From: Octopus sinensis
Taxonomy: Eukaryota
NCBI RefSeq assembly: GCF_006345805.1
Contig: NC_043016.1
Coordinates: 806,001 to 870,000, forward strand
Length of the DNA: 64,000 nt
Reading direction: 5' to 3'
This document shows positions 62,240 to 64,000 of the stretch, piece after piece. The translations under genes were made by a program, and so were the position numbers. Position 1 is the first letter of the stretch. Every line of letters starts with the position of its first letter. A model generated the notes under the pieces. It did not search any database. It had not been told where the DNA came from and was given only the letters and a program-made list of their open reading frames with translations.

Positions 62240-64000
62240 ATACACCATACTAACTCTACCATATGCCACACAAATACTACCATACATTACCACCAACACT
62301 ACATAACACCACATCAACACTGCTATAGCTTATACCAATATAATCATACAACCATACAACTCAGTAACACTACCATATACCACACTGACACGCACAACAG
62401 CAACACTACCATACATAACACTAACACTACCATATATCACACAAACAGAACCATACGCCACACCAACACTATCATATACCACAACAACACTAGCATACAC
62501 CACCCCACTCTATCATACGCCACAACAACACTACCATACACACATTAACACTATCATACACAACACCAACACTACCATACACCACACCAACACAACCATA
62601 CACCAAACCAACACTACCATATACTACACCAACACTACCATACACCAAACCAACACTACCATACACCACATTAACACTACTATACACAACACCAACACTA
62701 CCATACACCAAACCAACATTACCATACACTACACCAACACTACCATACACCACACCAACACTACCATACGCCACACCAACAGTACCATACACCACACAAA
62801 CTCTACCATACACCAAACCAACACTACCATACACCACAACAACACTACCAAACATCATACCAACACTACCATACACCACACTAACACTAACATACACCAT
62901 ACCAACACTACCATACACCACAACAACACTAACATACACCACACCAACACTACCACACACCACACCAACACTAACATACACCACACCAACACGACCATGC
63001 ACCACGCCAACACTACCATACACCAAACCAACACTACCATACACCACACCAACACTACCATGCACCACGCCAACACTACCATACACCACAACAACACTAA
63101 CATACACCACACAGACACTACCATACATCACGCCAACACTACTATACACCCCATCAACACTAACATACACCACAACAACACTACCATACACTGCACCAAC
63201 ACTACAATACACCACACCAACACTACCTTACACCACAACAACAAAAACATACACCACACAAACACTAACACACACCACGCCAATACTACCATACAACATA
63301 TTAACACTACAATACACCAAACCAACACTAACGTACACCACAACAACACTAACATACACCCCACTAATATACACTACACCAACACTACCATACACTAAAC
63401 CAACACTACCATACACAACACCAACACTACTATACACCACATAACACTACCTTACACCACATCAACACTACCATACACCACACCAACACTACCACACACT
63501 GCACCAACACTACCATACACCACACCAACGCTACCTTACACCACAACAACACTAACATACACCATACAAACACTACCATACACCACGCCAACACTACCAT
63601 ACAGCACAACAACACTACCATACACTACACCAACACTACCATATACAACACCAACACTACCATACACCACAACAATACTACTATACACCGCAAGAACACT
63701 ACCATACACCACATCAACACTACCATACACCACACCAACACTACCATACACCACACCAACACCACCATACACCACACCAACACTACCATACACCACACCA
63801 ACACTACCATACACCACACCACCACTAACATACACCACAACAACACTAACATACACCACAGCAACACTACCATACACCACGCCAACACTACCATACACCA
63901 CACCAACACTACCATACACCACACTAACACTACCATACACCACATCAACACTTCCATACACCACAACAACACTAACATATACCACACCAACACTACCATA
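62240..64000. repeat. 21-bp minisatellite (caccacaccaacactaccata)n, running off the window end
   Basis: Directly visible; produces the HTNTTIH, VVYGSVG and WCMVVLV pseudo-ORFs. Confidence 0.95.

Overview
Eukaryotic, AT-rich, microsatellite-saturated intergenic or intronic DNA with one 100-N gap (31817-31916). The SINE families and the microsatellite load point to an octopod cephalopod (inference, not a database match). No cellular protein-coding gene can be recognised with confidence; almost all ORFs in the track are microsatellite or transposon artefacts. The window is a transposon graveyard: R4/Dong-like restriction-like-endonuclease (RLE) LINE fragments nested strand-specifically in (AAT)n tracts at both ends, CR1- and RTE-clade LINE remnants, several Penelope-like (GIY-YIG) remnants, Tc1, mariner and DD37D transposase relics, an OTU-bearing Helitron relic, an internally deleted gag-protease-only Gypsy element, at least five tRNA-derived SINE families, MITE-like foldbacks, a lone 5S rRNA copy and a 21-bp minisatellite. 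The most interesting signal is a set of type I hammerhead ribozyme motifs with palindromic stem III. An intact one lies inside a hairpin-rich 432-bp monomer present as about 1.27 tandem units (41594-42144, retrozyme-like), two lie in an inverted arrangement (13991-14343), and two are degenerate minimal variants (10927-10961, 42719-42754). Boundaries of degenerate elements are approximate.
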